Positions 1-13,204 are shown, counted from the first letter of the stretch. The stretch is 64,000 nucleotides of DNA from Lama guanicoe (GCA_013239625.1 MU054391.1:558001-622000); one strand, 5' to 3'. Translations and numbers: made by a program. Notes: generated by a model from the letters alone, not told the origin.

Positions 1-24
1 CCGCCTGCTCTCCTGTCTTGGCAG

Positions 25-283
25 ATCATCACCCTGCGAGATTACGTCCCGAAAATCCTGGGCCCCGAGGCCTTCAAGCAGCACGTGGGCCCCTACCAGG
101 GCTACGACCCCGCCGTGGACCCCACCGTGTCCAACGTGTTCTCCACGGCTGCCTTCCGCTTCGGCCACGCCTCGGTCCACCCGCTGGTGAGGCGGCTGGA
201 CGCCCGCTTCCAGGAGCACCCGGGCCTGCCCCGCCTGCCGCTGCATGACGCCTTCTTCCGGCCCTGGCGGCTCCTCGGGGAAG
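25..283 (+). CDS. TPO: Thyroid peroxidase exon 9 (peroxidase domain, proximal heme His)
   Basis: tcttggcag|ATC acceptor, AAG|gtgcgc donor, 259 bp; [14 protein letters not shown]...[14 protein letters not shown]. Confidence 0.97.
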
Positions 284-818
284 GTGCGCCTCCGTCTCGG
301 CCACCCGCGGGGCTGGGTGGTGTGCAGTCACCCTTCCCCTGGCTAGACACTCCCCGGGGGCCAGCATGCATGGAGAAAGTAAACACATCCAAAGGGGTTT
401 GAAAGGGACACTTACCTGGGGCTTCTGGAGTTCCCTGGGTTCACAGGCGCGGGGCCCTGGGCCCCGTCTGCCCCTCAGCCAGGCCGGACCTTCCATTCAT
501 GGGTCTGGACTTCGAATCAGCAAACGCTTCCTTTGACTCTAACGTTTCTGCTGCTGAGAAACAACAAAACCCCACCCCTGAGGCCCCGTGTCCCACCCCC
601 CCCAGATGCACATCTCGACCGGGCCCGTCGGGGTCCAGATGAGTGAATCCAACACAGGGCAGCATCCTAAGGGCCTGGGAGACATGGGAGTCCCAGGAGG
701 TGCATTCCTGAACTCGTGAGGACATCTGTTCAGAACCAGCACAGTTTACGGTCGAGGCCTTGTTCTGTTTCTCCAGGACTCACCTGAGAAAGCTCATTGC
801 CTTCTCTGATGTTTCCAG

Positions 819-989
819 GTGGCGTGGACCCTGTCATGAGGGGCCTCCTGGCGCGACCAGCCAAGCTGCAGGTGCAGGACCAGCTGATGAACGAGGAGCT
901 GACGGAGAGGCTCTTCGTGCGGTCAGACTCGGGGACCTTGGACCTGGCGTCCATCAACCTGCAGCGGGGCCGGGACCACGGCCTGCCAG
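819..989 (+). CDS. TPO: TPO exon 10
   Basis: tttccag|GT ... CAG|gtcagc, 171 bp; [17 protein letters not shown]...[16 protein letters not shown]. Confidence 0.97.
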
Positions 990-2569
990 GTCAGCCCCCA
1001 CTTCCCTTCCCTCCGCTCCCAGGCTCCGGATTAGCCGCTGTCCTTGGTCTGTGGTGAAATGTACCTGCAGGTCCGCCACCAGCTCCTAAGGGCGCCTTAG
1101 TTGGTGGGATTGAACCATCCAGCTTTCTCAGCCCCAGGCAGGGACGGGCTGAGCTGTCCCAGGGCAGGCAGAGGGAGGCGTTTCCCGGCAGGAAGCAGGA
1201 CACGGAATGCCCACCTCCTCCCTCTCAGAGCATCTCCCAGGGAAGTGGGCATTACTCCACTGCCTTAGGGGCTCTCGCTGACCAGCTGGTCCAGTCTCCT
1301 GGTCACTGGTGTGAGTGAGGACCCTCTTCGTGGGCCAGGCAGCTGCCCGCATATTTCCTCACTCCCCCCTTGTTCACGCCCACTCTGACCCCCACCTCCC
1401 TCACCTGTACCAACCCACATCCTCCCTCCCTGAGGCCTTCTGCCCTGGGGCCCCTGCGGCTCAGCTGTCTGGCCCACCTTCAGCCTGGCTGAGACCCCAA
1501 GGTCCGTGTGCAGCTCTGCTGTCCTGGCGCCCAGGGGCTCCGCCGGGCAGGGCCCACACTGTCCTCATCTCGCTGACTGCAGACCCCCCACCGGGGCGTG
1601 TCCCGCTCACTTGGGCCTCGGAACCTGATCCCAAAGCCCACTCTGAAGTTTTACACAGATTAGCTCTTTCCACCACCTCGAAACCCTGGGTAGTTTGAAG
1701 TATAATCACTTAAAACGCTGTTAAGGAGATGGAAGCGAAAAAATTCAGGCGATACCCTAATCCTCAGCCTCACATGTGGGGGAATTGGATGGGGCAGGAA
1801 GCCCTGTGTGTGACGTCCACTTAACTAGACCTGATCCTTAGGTCGAGGCTCAAGCAGACGAGAGACGTGCTCTTTGTAACGATGAGATGGCGACCTCCCT
1901 GCGCTGGGAAGTCTCCTCCCGGTTTACCTGGCAGGGGCCGTGGAGCGTCCAGTCTGCTTTCCCCAGGGATGTCCCTTCCTCTCCCCCCACCCCCGCCCCG
2001 TCCAGTCCCGTTGGCAGGACCCCTGTGGCTCGTGTCCCTACCTCCCCGCAGCTCGTCCCTGACCCTGGCGCTCTCACCGCTGCCCCCACTGCATCCCCGC
2101 TCCACAGGCTTCCCTCTGGAGCCTGAGCAGAACTCAAACCTCCTCCCTTGGCTCCGGTGAGTCTCTCTGTCAGCCTCATGGCCCCCTCGCTGTCTAACTG
2201 GAAATATGAGACCATCTCCCCCAGTTCTCCCTCATCTAACCCCCCAGGGGTCTGTCCTGACGCTCAGCACCCCAGGGGCGCTTGTCCAGCCGTGACACAG
2301 CCCCTCACGTCCACACATTTATCTGGCGGTTCCGTCCGGGGTCTGCTGTGTTGGAGGCCCTGGACGTAAAACAAGACGCAGTCTCGGCTAAAGGACAGTA
2401 GACATAGGACAAGTGAGTAGAGAGGAGGAGACGGGGAGCCTCGGCGAGGTGCCGGCCGCACTCAGTACGGCGTGTGAGGCAGGAGTTCACGTGCCGTCCC
2501 TCGGCGCTGGCTGTGTAGACAGAAGCATGTTCGGATCCCTGAGAAGGAGGCCTCCACCCTCCCTCACAG

Positions 2570-2807
2570 GTTACAATGAGTGGAGGAAGTTCTGCGGCTT
2601 GTCCACCCTGCAGACCCAGGCTGACCTGGCCGCCGCCATGGCCAACCGGAGCGTGGCCGACAGGATCCTGGCCCTGTACCGGCACCCGGACAACATAGAC
2701 GTCTGGCTGGGCGGCTTGGCTGAGAAGTTCCTCCCGGGGGCGCGGACAGGCCCGCTGTTTGCCTGCATCATCGGAAAGCAGATGAAGGCCCTGAGGGACG
2801 GCGACCG
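2570..2807 (+). CDS. TPO: TPO exon 11
   Basis: ctcacag|GT ... CG|gtaggt, 238 bp; [10 protein letters not shown]...[11 protein letters not shown]...MKALRDGDR. Confidence 0.97.
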
Positions 2808-3269
2808 GTAGGTGCCCAGGACCAGCGCCCTCCGCGGGCAATACGGGGAGGCGCTGGGTCTGGAAGGGGCTGCCTGGCGGGAAGCCTCATGGATCCAGGC
2901 CAGGAGCTCTGGGGCTTTGTCAGCGATTTTGGGAGGAAACTGAGGCTGCTTCCCAGAATCTGAACCCCTGCTGGTTGGGCCGGAGAGCATCCTGAAAGAG
3001 GACGTCCGTCATCCTTCATGTCCTGAAAGCAGCCTCCACGGGGTAGAACCAGGGCAGCCGAGCTGGCTGAGGGAGCCGCAAGCAGGACGAACAGCTTGTG
3101 GGCACTCTGACTCATCCATCCGCCTGCCCCAGGGCCATCCTGGCCTCTTTCCTCCCCGATGGGGGGTCGCAGGCCATGGGCGGGAGCAGCCTGGGGACAG
3201 AGGCCGACAGGACGCGGTCGGAGGGGCCGGGGCTGTGCTCTCATGTGTCCTCGTCTGTCCCTCCTGCAG

Positions 3270-3478
3270 GTTCTGGTGGGAGAACCAGGCGGTGTTCACT
3301 GAAGCGCAGCGGCAGGAGCTGGGGCAGCACTCCCTGGCCCGCGTCATCTGCGACAACACCGGCCTCGCTCACGTGCCCCCTGACACCTTCCGGGTCTCCA
3401 GGTGGCCCCAGGAGTTCGAGCCTTGTGATCACATCCCGGGCATGAACCTGGACGCATGGAGGGAGGCCCTGCCTCCAG
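3270..3478 (+). CDS. TPO: TPO exon 12 (end of peroxidase domain)
   Basis: cctgcag|G ... CAG|gtaact, 209 bp; FWWEN...[11 protein letters not shown]...GMNLDAWRE. Confidence 0.97.
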
Positions 3479-5335
3479 GTAACTGCAAGCGTCTCTCAAA
3501 CCGGGTGGAAGAACAGGGACTCCACCCCAGAAGGGCTGCGTTTCGGAGCAACTACTTCAGATCCGTTTGGTTGGAGGAAACCATCTCCGCGCCCTGTTTG
3601 GTCCCAGGCGTGTTCTCCTCCGTGAGGAAGGGCGGGTCTGAGTCTGAGGACCCCATTCTGGCCTGGAGACACCGTCCTGTAAGCGCCGAGGGAGTGAGTG
3701 GCACATGCGGCTGTGCTGTGCTGTGTGCTGTGGTTCGGGGGCTCCCGTTCAGCTGGGGCAACCAACACTGAGCACAGAGCAGCCCGTGTCCCCGGACGGG
3801 GGTGGGGCCGGAGTCGCTCAGGCTGGGCAACAGAAGGTTGCAGAGCATGCTTCTACGGCCAATGGAGTGACCGGCACTTGGTGCAGAGAAAGAGGCCATG
3901 GGAGGACAGCACTGGCCAGGAGCCGGAAGGCCACACGGGGCTCAGTCAGCACAGCAGAGGTCCCCGCGTTTGGACTCTGCGTCCCCAGCTTGCTCCTCTA
4001 CTGACTGGCAGAGCCAGGCCGGAGGGCGGGCCCCCGACGGCGGGCCCCCGACTCAGCCGCGCCGTGCTGGCCGGTCACTCAGCTGTCCGCCCTCACCTGC
4101 GGGAGTTACTGACTGCTCTCCCCTGTCCCGGGTGAGGCCCGCTCTCCGTCACCTGACACCGGGCTCCGAGCAGGGCCTGGGGTTTATTAACTGCCACCTC
4201 CCACATGACAGCCCTTTTCCAGGCACTTGGGCACGTCTGTAGGGACAGACACACACACGGGGCTTCACAGCCCCTATACGAGACAGACAAGAGATGTATG
4301 CCCAGCGTGTGCCGGGCCGCACGGGCGATGGGCAACCAGAGCATGAAGGACCAGGCAAGGGGCTGCGTGGGCGGAGTCTCCAGGGGAGGGTCTAGCGGAG
4401 GGGGCGGGGGGAGACCGGAGACCTGACCAGAGAAATGGAGAGGCCCGTCACCCCAGCCCCTTAGGCCTGTGTCTGCTGCTCTGAGCGAGACCCTGTGTGG
4501 TAGGTTTTCCATGGAGCCGCCTGTGGAGACCCCACCGGCCCGTGTTTGGAACACCCCGGGGGCTGGGGATCAGGGCACCTGGGGGGTCAGTGTGAGTCTG
4601 CTGCCTCCTTCCCCGGAGGAGGAGGAGGGAAGGGGGCGCTGGGTGGTCTGATGTCCTGGTAGGTGGAGTCCACATGACTTGCCCGGTCGCTGCAGGGGAC
4701 ACGAGGGGGGACATCGGGAAGCACCCCCCCCCCAGGGAAGGAGGACCCCTTCGGGGTGGCCTGAGTGGAGGGAGGGAGCAGGAGGCTAGGGCTCCGTTGT
4801 GGACGAGGCAGCTTTGAGCTGCCCCTCGCCCTCTGTGTGGAGCTGGCCCTGCAGGAGGGGGGTTCCAGGAAGAGGCTGTGAATTTGGGGTTTTTCTGTAA
4901 AGCCCACCTGTACAGACTGTGTTTTGTGCCAAGAAACTGCAGGACACAGCCAAGGCGAGGGCGCCCGAAGGGAGGGGCCCAGAGACCGGCTCAGGTGGGG
5001 AGGGAGGGGTGAGGCGGGTCTCCCAGCAGGCATGGGGAGGGTGAGCTCCACCACTGTGGTCAGAGTGGGAGAGGGCAGGAAGGCCAGCCCCTGCCTCGTG
5101 CAGTGAGGACCACCATCCACTTTGGCTAAAGCCATCTTGTCGGGGTGCTGAGGGGAGCCTGCTCAGAGCGCATTCGGGGAGAAGAACTGGAGACACGACT
5201 GCTGCAAGGACGCAGGGGCTGGAGACGCAGTGCTGGGGGGACCTGCCTGCAGGGAGGGAGACGTGCCGAAGTGAGGCCTTCAGGAGCCCGAGTTGGGGGG
5301 CTCTGTCCCAGGGTCCCGTGTTGATGTGCCCACAG

Positions 5336-5506
5336 AGGACACGTGTGGCTTCCCCAGCCAAGTGGAAGACGGGGGCTTCCTGCTCTGTGACGAGCCTGGA
5401 AAGCGTGTGCTGGTGTTTTCCTGTCGTCACGGATTCCGGCTCCAAGGGCCAGAGCAAGTCACCTGCACCCCCAAAGGATGGGACTCCCAGGCCCCCGTCT
5501 GTAAAG
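5336..5506 (+). CDS. TPO: TPO exon 13 (CCP/sushi domain)
   Basis: cccacag|AG ... AAG|gtcagt, 171 bp; CGFP..VEDG...[27 protein letters not shown]. Confidence 0.96.
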
Positions 5507-5591
5507 GTCAGTCATCTCAAGGTGTGTCTTCTCATGTCTTGACCCCCAAATCTGCATTTTTCAAATAGGAATTAAAAATAAACATCCTTTA

Positions 5592-5675
5592 AAAATAACC
5601 TTTAAAAACTGTGAATCACTATATTGTACACCTGTAACATACAACACTGTACAGCAACTATGCTTCAAAAAAATT
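5592..5675 (+). mobile_element. L1 3'-end fragment (L1_Art-like)
   Basis: ataacctttaaaaactgtgaatcactatattgtacacctgtaac...caactatgcttcaaaaaaa resembles the cetartiodactyl L1 3' terminus with A-tail (from memory). Confidence 0.7.
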
Positions 5676-6036
5676 TTGAAAAGTAAAGGAAACTCCCAAA
5701 TAGGTAAGTGTCATTCACCGTAAGGCGCCTGTGAGCGTGGGCATCTTCCAGGAACTGTGTGAGGAAATCAAGTCTCCCCTTCTCCGCGGCCCGTGCTCCT
5801 AAGCTGGCGTTTTTCTAGAAAAGAGGCACCAGGACAGTCACATGCGAACACGTCCTCAGGGTGACAGAGCAGAACCTCGGGGAGTGAGGTGCTCGGATCA
5901 CACAGAGCACAGGGGCTTCCCCAGGAGCACTGGTAGGACAGCCCCGCCCTGGTGGCCTGACTCCAGGCCAGGCCTCACCCTCAGGGTGCTGAGCCCAGGC
6001 CCAGGCCCCCTCCCTCAGAGGTGGACTTGGAGCCAG

Positions 6037-6486
6037 TGTTGCAGAAAAATGTGTTACAGCTCAGTGGTGACAGCAACCTCAATCCCAGCGAGAGACCAAG
6101 CAGCACTCGGAGAGCTGGAGAACTCAGGTTCATTACACCAACAGGCCCAGAGGAGTTAACATCCCAAGCTCTGGACCCGGCTGTAGGTTTACACCGGCTT
6201 TTATAGGCTGCCAGTTTGCACTTTGCAGCATCATATGCAAATGAGGTATAAGGAAAGTTGACTAATTAAGAACAAGCTTTGTAGAAATGGACCAATCAGG
6301 AGGGAGAGAAATAACCAATCAGGAGTGAGCTCAGGGAACCAATAGAACTTTAGGGGTAAGTAAGCCATTTCAGAGGCAAAAAAGTGAGCTAGAGCCTCTG
6401 GGCCAGGGAACCGGATGGTGCTGGCAGGAGAGCAGTGGCCCTGCCCCGGGGGTCCTGCCTTTCTTTTTATGGGGTTTCCTGACTCA
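6037..6486 (-). mobile_element. Solo ERV (ERV1-like) LTR, 450 bp, antisense in TPO intron 13
   Basis: TG...CA termini flanked by 4-bp TSD CCAG (6033-6036 and 6487-6490); three CCAAT boxes, ATGCAAAT octamer, and minus-strand TATAAAA at 6199-6205. Confidence 0.8.
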
Positions 6487-6974
6487 CCAGGACCACGCGG
6501 GCAGCAGCAGGGCAGCCGCCTTGGGCCCCTGGGAGAAGCTCCCTCGCTTTTCCCTCCGATTCCTAGAAGGGCCTTGGGAGCCGCGGTGAGGATGCCGGCG
6601 GAGCAGCCAGTGAGGAGTGGCCGTGGACTGCTCTAGCCCTGATCCCAGGGCGTCCATCAGAACAGCGAGTGGCCCTGATGCAGGCAGAAATGCCCCAGAG
6701 CAGGCCCTGCACCCTGGGGTGGCCCGTGCTGAGCAGCTGGGCCGGGATGGGTGCTGGAAGCCAGCACTCATGCTCTGGGATGGGGGGCGTTGGCTCAGAC
6801 TTGCCCGCTGTCCTGGGAAAGGCACGACCCCTGCAGAGAGGATGCTGACCTCGGGCAGGAGTGGAGGGGCTCTTGTAGGAGTTGCGTTGGGAAGACGTGG
6901 GGAAGCAGATGGACCACGTGAGAGTCGGGCTGGTTTGTAAGAAATGACAGAGTCCAACCTGCTCAGTTTTATAA

Positions 6975-7122
6975 TTTCAATTTGGGAAGATGACAAACTT
7001 CCAGAGACAGACAGTGGTGGTGGTTGTCAACCACGTGAATGTACTTCATGCGCCTGAAGTGTGCACTTAAGTGTAATTAAGGTGGTAAATCTTCCGTTAC
7101 GTGCATTTCACCGCAGTAACAA
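6975..7122 (+). mobile_element. L1MB-like 3' UTR fragment
   Basis: tttcaatttgggaagatgac...gtggtggtggttg...gtgaatgtactt...gtggtaaat resembles the L1MB 3' end. Confidence 0.7.
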
Positions 7123-9699
7123 CATTTCATTTCACTTTCGGGGACTCTGGGATGTGTCCTGGCTGGGCTACAGGGGCTGCCCCTGCCAGACCTCCACGAG
7201 CAGAGGGAGAGACCAAAGAGGCTGGGGGCCCAGAGACTCCCAGAGCTCCGCCTGGGCCCCTGTCTCAGGAAGGTGCAGGCTGCTGCCCTCAGGGTGAGAG
7301 AAAGGACAAGAGAGAGAAGCAGCCTCGGGGCAGCGTCCAGAACACAACTTGAGAAGAGCCGACGGCGCAGTTTGGGGGCTGCTTGGAAACGTAAGATCAG
7401 AAGCCTGAGCAGTTCAGGGGAATTTATTGCTTCTTCACGTGCCCAGATCTCTGTGCCCACAGCACGTGGGCCGGGAGCCAAGGCGGCCACCCCCACATCT
7501 CTCAGGGGGTTGGTCCTGATGACCCTGGACTTGCAGGAGATGGGCAGGCCCTTCCTCCCGGAGGTCCGATCAGAGAATCACCTTGCAGGGACCTCACGTG
7601 ACAGGAGCCCAGCTGTTCTGAAATGTGGGCATCCCTGCGTTTGTCATGACGGCTGACACCCTCTCGGCCCCCCGACCGTCCTGTAGACGACCCTCCAGGA
7701 GCAAACGTCTAACAAGTCGAGAAGTTTCAGTATCGTTTTGGCTTCCTACTGGTGCACAGCTGACGAGCTCACACCGCCCAGGCCCGTGGTCTTCACGGCG
7801 GCCGTACAAGGAAGCAGAACGCGGGCCTCGGGGTCCTGGGCGCCCTGTGTGTTCCAGGCATGAACGTCACCTGTGTGCCTCCCATCTTTTTTGCTTAAAT
7901 ACCTGGACGTTTTATGCACCATGCTGGCTGTTTGTTTTAGAAATTTATGAGCCCAAAGCCCACAGGGATCAGCGAGGTACAAATAAAAGAGAAGAAACGA
8001 GAGAGTGATGGCAGGTCTGTCCCTCGGCTCAGCCACCTGCCCGCGGACGTGCTCCGACCTCCGGCTCGTGCTGGCTTCCGTGTGGGAGGTCCTCCTGTCT
8101 CCTCTCCACGAGTCTGAGAATGACCTCAGAAGCGCTCCTCGTCCTGAAGGCCTTCCACCACCATCCATCTGCCCGCCTCCCGTCTCTTTTCTGAGGTAAT
8201 TTTTCACACCAACAATTAACTGCTCCCTGAAGGCACGTGCAAGACATGTATCAACCTCTGACAGTATCGGCTTGGACTCTGAACCAGACAGGGTGCTCTG
8301 GGGTCTGAGACCTGTTCTGGCCGTGACCCATCACCCTGGTACAAGTCTTGGACATCGTGAGGTCTGGGATCTGCAGGGGCAGCACCCGGGGCTCCTGGAA
8401 ACGCAGAATCTCGGGCCCCCCAGGGTCCTGAGTCACAAGCTGTGTTCCTAACAAGACCCAGTTACGGTGCAGGTTTGAAGCCAGCTCTAACCCTGAATCT
8501 GCTTCCCTTGTGCTAGCAGGGTACCATCTCTGTGCCCCCAAGCCGGGGCCACAGCTGCCTCCCAGCCCCATGGCTTCCTGCCTCTGTGCTTTCAGATGTA
8601 AGACGAGGGTGGCAATCAGTCTACCTCACTGCTCGTCTGTGTGGATAGTTAAACACACGAGAACAAGGTCCCTTCCCACGGTTACTAACACAGCCCGTCA
8701 AAGGCGGTGGTGTAAGCCCTGGCCCGTCCTCAACATGCCGCTTACACTGAACAAATCAGCAGTAGTTCATCGACTTGGAATACGGTTTGTAACATGTTAC
8801 TAAGTAAAGATGCAAGTTACAGAGCAGTGGGAGTGATGGGACCCCACCTTTTCAAAAGCAGTGGGACCTATTTGTTGCTTTAACCGTATAAACATTCTCA
8901 TGGACATTTTGGTCACCCTGGTATTGCGAGATGGAATGGGTGGGGAGGGTCCATATGACCCTGTGACTTTGTCTGAGTACACTGATAATCAAGATGTAAT
9001 ATCTTTAAAGTAAGTGTGTTACAGAAAGCTGGGCAGAGACCACCCACTGGAGACGCACTAGCTCATGCACAGAGTATCTCTCCTGGTCTGTGCCCTGTGC
9101 TAGAAGTTTCTAAGTCAAGAATTGCAGGAAAAACATGCCTCTGAGGTGCAGCAGGGCGGGACCTCCACTTCTGCTGTGAACCAAAGCCGCATAGGAGCTG
9201 CTGCCAGTCCTCGGTGGAGTCGCTCAGCCGCACATCCAGGGCTGCAGGAGGGCAGCGCAGGCTTCAGTCAGCGGCTGATTCACAAAATCAAATGGGATTC
9301 GCTCCTCTCACCTCTGCTCACATCCTGCATTTTCCCCAAAATCATCCTCGTTAAAAAAAAAAAAAAGCAAATGAATTGCAATGAGTCTCTTTCGAGGGCT
9401 TTAAAGTCATGACGTCAGAGTGGACTAAAGCTCCGTGTCTGGGGCCTTTCGCTCTACTTTTGCCGAGAGGTTATGCAATAAACGAATTCAGACAAGCGTC
9501 CCTGCATCTGTCAGGGGGAATGAGGTTTTCCGTCGGCGCAGACGTGCTGAGGGAAGAAGGAACGTCTGTGCAGATGCTGGTTGCTCGCCGGGGCCCTGAG
9601 GTGCCGCCACACCTCTCCTTGGACACGTGAACTGAGGCGTCCTCACCCGCCGGTGCGGGCTGTGGTTTCCAATAGAAGAACCTGACCGTGGAGTGAATC

Positions 9700-9960
9700 A
9701 GGTTGAACTGTGTCCCCAAAAAAGACACTGAAGTCCTTTAAACCCCAATTGCTCAGAACATGCCCTTATCAGGAAATAGGGCCTTTGAGGTGCAGTCAAG
9801 TTGAGGTGAAGCCATTGGGGTGGCCCTGGTCCACCACGACTGGTGTCCGTCTAGGAAGAGGACAAACAAGGGGAAGATGAAGAGCTGGGGAGATGCAGCC
9901 ACAAGCCAAGGCTGCCAGGACAGCCAGCAGCCCCCAGCGTTGGGAGAGGCCAGGAAGGAC
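9700..9960 (+). mobile_element. MLT1-type MaLR LTR fragment
   Basis: ggttgaactgtgtcccc...ggaaatagggcctttg...gactggtgtcc...gatgcagccacaagccaagg hallmarks. Confidence 0.7.
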
Positions 9961-10943
9961 CCCACCTCCTGGTGAGCTGGGCCCAGGTCCCCACCGGCCT
10001 CGCAGGAGCCCCCTTCTCCTCGTGGGCGAGCACCCCCGGCCCCGTCTCTCCGGATTCCACTCTCCATCCGCCCAGCACGTGGGCGGCACCGGGATCCAGG
10101 GTGAGAGCAAGCGCGTGGCCAGCAGCCGGGGCTGAACACCTGTTAGCTCCACCCCCTCCACACCAGGCCCAGCGCGAGAACACGCGTGTGCAGCGCTTGC
10201 CCCCGTGTGTCGTTTGTGCACCGTGTGCTCTGGATGTGATTTTTCCTGACTTTCGACCGCTCGTTTCCTGGAATTGGCCAGAGCAGAGAGAGTCATGTGG
10301 AGACCGGAGCCTGGGGAGTCCAGTGCTGGTTATGGGTTCAGGCAGAGGAGACCATGGGGGCCGCACACGCTCTTCATTTGCGGGGACTCGCTACGCGCGC
10401 CTGCTCTGTGGGCCTGGGCGTCACATCTGGGCTCCTGGCTGGATGGAGGATGGGTCAGCTGACTGGAAACTACCCGCCTGGGATGGGCTGGCTCCGTCCC
10501 ACCTGCCCTCATAGCCTCCTTCCCTCCCTACTCAGCAGGAAAGCTCCTGTGTCTTCCAGGAAGGCTGTGTCCCCCAGTCTGAGGGAGGCCCGGTGGCCTG
10601 GAGCCTGACCTACCAGTGACTCTGTCCTGGGCTGGCTCCCCCAGGCTCAGGCCCCCACAGCACCTGGTGCAGGGTCTGAACTGAAGTGACCGTGGACCAG
10701 CACCAGCCTGGAGGAGCCGCAGGACCCAGGGGCTGCCGTGGGCGGGCAGGAGGGCAGGGGGCCGGCGGGTCAGACTGACCAGGGTGCGAGTGAGTCCTGG
10801 GTGGCTGCAGGGCCCAGAGGGAAATGGCCAGGGGGTGTCCCTCTTGCTCCTGGACTCAGGGCAGAGGTGGGGAGGCACTGGCCTGCGCGGAAGGGGAGCC
10901 GGGAGGTGGGGATGTGGGTCTGACCTCTGCGGGGTCTGTGCAG

Positions 10944-11075
10944 ACGTGAACGAGTGTGAGGACGAGCCGGAGCCCCCCTGCCACGCGTCCGCCCGGTGCA
11001 GAAACACCAAGGGCGGCTTCCGGTGTGAGTGCTCGGACCCTTACGTGCTCGGAGAGGACGGGAGGACCTGCGTAG
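10944..11075 (+). CDS. TPO: TPO exon 14 (calcium-binding EGF domain)
   Basis: gtgcag|AC ... TAG|gtgaga, 132 bp; DVNEC...[30 protein letters not shown]. Confidence 0.96.
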
Positions 11076-11349
11076 GTGAGACCAGAGTCCCTGTGCATCC
11101 CGGCAGGGAAGCAGGGTGGTGTCTGACAGCACGTGTAGGGGTGACTGAGGGGCCCCCCGGCCGTGTGGTAGCAGGTGGTGTCTGTGCGTGTCTGCTGTGC
11201 TGGGACGCTGGGTGGGAACGTGACCCGGCGGCTCCCACCGGAGCCTAGATCATGCAGGGGACACAGCAAACACCGGGCAGCGTGGGCGCTGTTCCAAACC
11301 CCCGCGAATGATCTCTGTGAGGGAGACGCGATGTGTGACCCCAGGTGCA

Positions 11350-11432
11350 GAACAGAGAGGGTAAGTGGCTTGCTCAGGGTCACACAGCCACTCAGCTGCA
11401 GATCTAGGAATCAGAACTTGGCTTCTGGCTCC
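11350..11432. mobile_element. MIR SINE fragment
   Basis: cagagagggtaagtggcttgctcagggtcacacagc MIR core-like motif. Confidence 0.6.
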
Positions 11433-11724
11433 TATTAAAAAAAAATGCAGTGGTACCTATTAAACAGCAAAATGTTTTATTAAGGCTACTGCAGTACGAA
11501 AGGGAGGCCTCAGTGCAGAGCAGAGCTCGACTCCACATACGGCAGAGAGAGCAGGCGCCCACCGGCACAGGGAGCAGAGGTCCATGGAAGGACGGTTCTG
11601 CAGAAGAGCTTGCTTCCCAGGACCAGGGCGGGTTGGGGCCCGGGTCTGGGCTGGGGCCTGGGAGGGCACACTGGCTACTGCCCTTGCCCAGCAGGCTCAC
11701 TGACTGGCTCTGTCCTTGCTCCAG

Positions 11725-11824
11725 ACTCTGGGAGGCTCCCGAGGGCGTCCATGGTCTCCTTCGCACTGGGCGCCGTGCTGGTCTGCGGCCTGGCAGGCCT
11801 CACCTGGACAGTGGTTTGCAGGTG
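11725..11824 (+). CDS. TPO: TPO exon 15 (transmembrane helix)
   Basis: gctccag|AC ... GTG|gtaagt, 100 bp; [33 protein letters not shown]. Confidence 0.96.
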
Positions 11825-13204
11825 GTAAGTCCCTCCCTGGTTTTCTGCAGACTGGAGGTAACTTCCTGTCCACGGAGCGCCTGGTAATGCTCTGGCTTAC
11901 TCTTCTGAAGCTGGCGGAGACTGCCGGCATCCCAAACCCATCTCCCCCAGCCCCAGCTCCGGTGCTTTCACTGCGCTTCAGTAGCAGGAGTGGAACGACT
12001 GCTCGTACACGTTAGGGGGCTGACGTCTGCGGGTGGAGACTTAGCAGTGCCAGATTCTCGGTGACGTGAAACGATGGTGTTGAAGTACCCTCTCGTTAGG
12101 AGTAAAGGCTCCTACAAAGGTGTCTCGGAGAAAGAAGGCCTTGGAGACAAGTCTCATTCTTCATTCCCGTCCTCTCCCTCAAGAACAGACTCCTGGGAAA
12201 CCGGGAAATTGAAAGATGAACTTTTCTGGTAAAACGGTGCAGCCCTCCAGGCTGTCAGCGGCGGGTCTCAGCGTGTAGGCCGTGAGAGCCCGAGGGGGGC
12301 TCCCTCCTGGCGGGGCCACGGGGCTGCCGCCTGGGGGCTAGGGCCCTCCCTCCTCGCCGCTGCTGCTGGTCCCCCAGCCCTTAGAGTCGGACTCTGTGCT
12401 GCTTGGTTCTGTTTGTCTTCATAGAAAGTATTGGGGGAAATGACTGCACAGAATGAGGGAGGGCCAGTCTGGCCCCTGGCCCGTGGCCCGCGCACTGACC
12501 ACCAGCGACCGACGCCATGTCCGCGTCGGCCTCTGTTGCTGGGCTGCCCTTCAGGACGCACTCCCGGCCGCGCTCCCCTCTGGCCGCGCCAACCCTGCGC
12601 CCTCCCGGCTGCCTCTGGTGCTTGTCTCACCTTCCTGGTGAAGCCAACATTTCTAGGGACTCCTTGGCACGTTCAGAAATGCCAGCGGCTGGACCTGAAA
12701 GGGAACTTCTCCCCGTGTTTGTGTAAAACTTACGGGAACAGATTTTTAATAGTCAGAACCCCGGTCCTTAGCGGTCAGATCTCACGACTGTGACATCACA
12801 GCTTGTGACCAATAACTGGGTCTCATCACGGCCTTTTGTTTATTCTGAGACCCTGGAAGGGGAGCCTCTGTGACTGTGACCGCTCTGCTCTGCATCCCCC
12901 CGGCCGGGGTGCCATGGAAGTCCAGGCTCTTTACTTCACACGCCAAGACCCTCTGCCAGCTGCCCGGTGATCCGGCCTTCAGCTGACACCGGAGCAGCGT
13001 CTCCTGGGTAAACGGCATGCAAGGGACACGCTCTCTGCAGACTCACACGTCTGCAAGCGCCGGCCTGGGCCACAGCCCAGGTGGCCCTGTGAGAGGCCCC
13101 TTCCTCAAACCACAAGCCACTAGGAGTGGCTAGAAGCCGTGTCAGACCCACTGCGAACTGCTGGTCCCCTTCCCAATCTTTCCATCCATCGTAAGAGGTG
13201 AATA

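Noticed and set aside
8560-9000. Possible MIR and L1ME remnants (also 27690-27880)
   Set aside because: Too degraded to assign boundaries or family by eye.
12555-12726. Alternative candidate for TPO exon 16 (cag|G ACG CAC, W-T-H-S-R-P-R-S-P-L)
   Set aside because: Similarity stops after a few codons and there is no donor at the expected length. 15518-15647 matches along its whole length.
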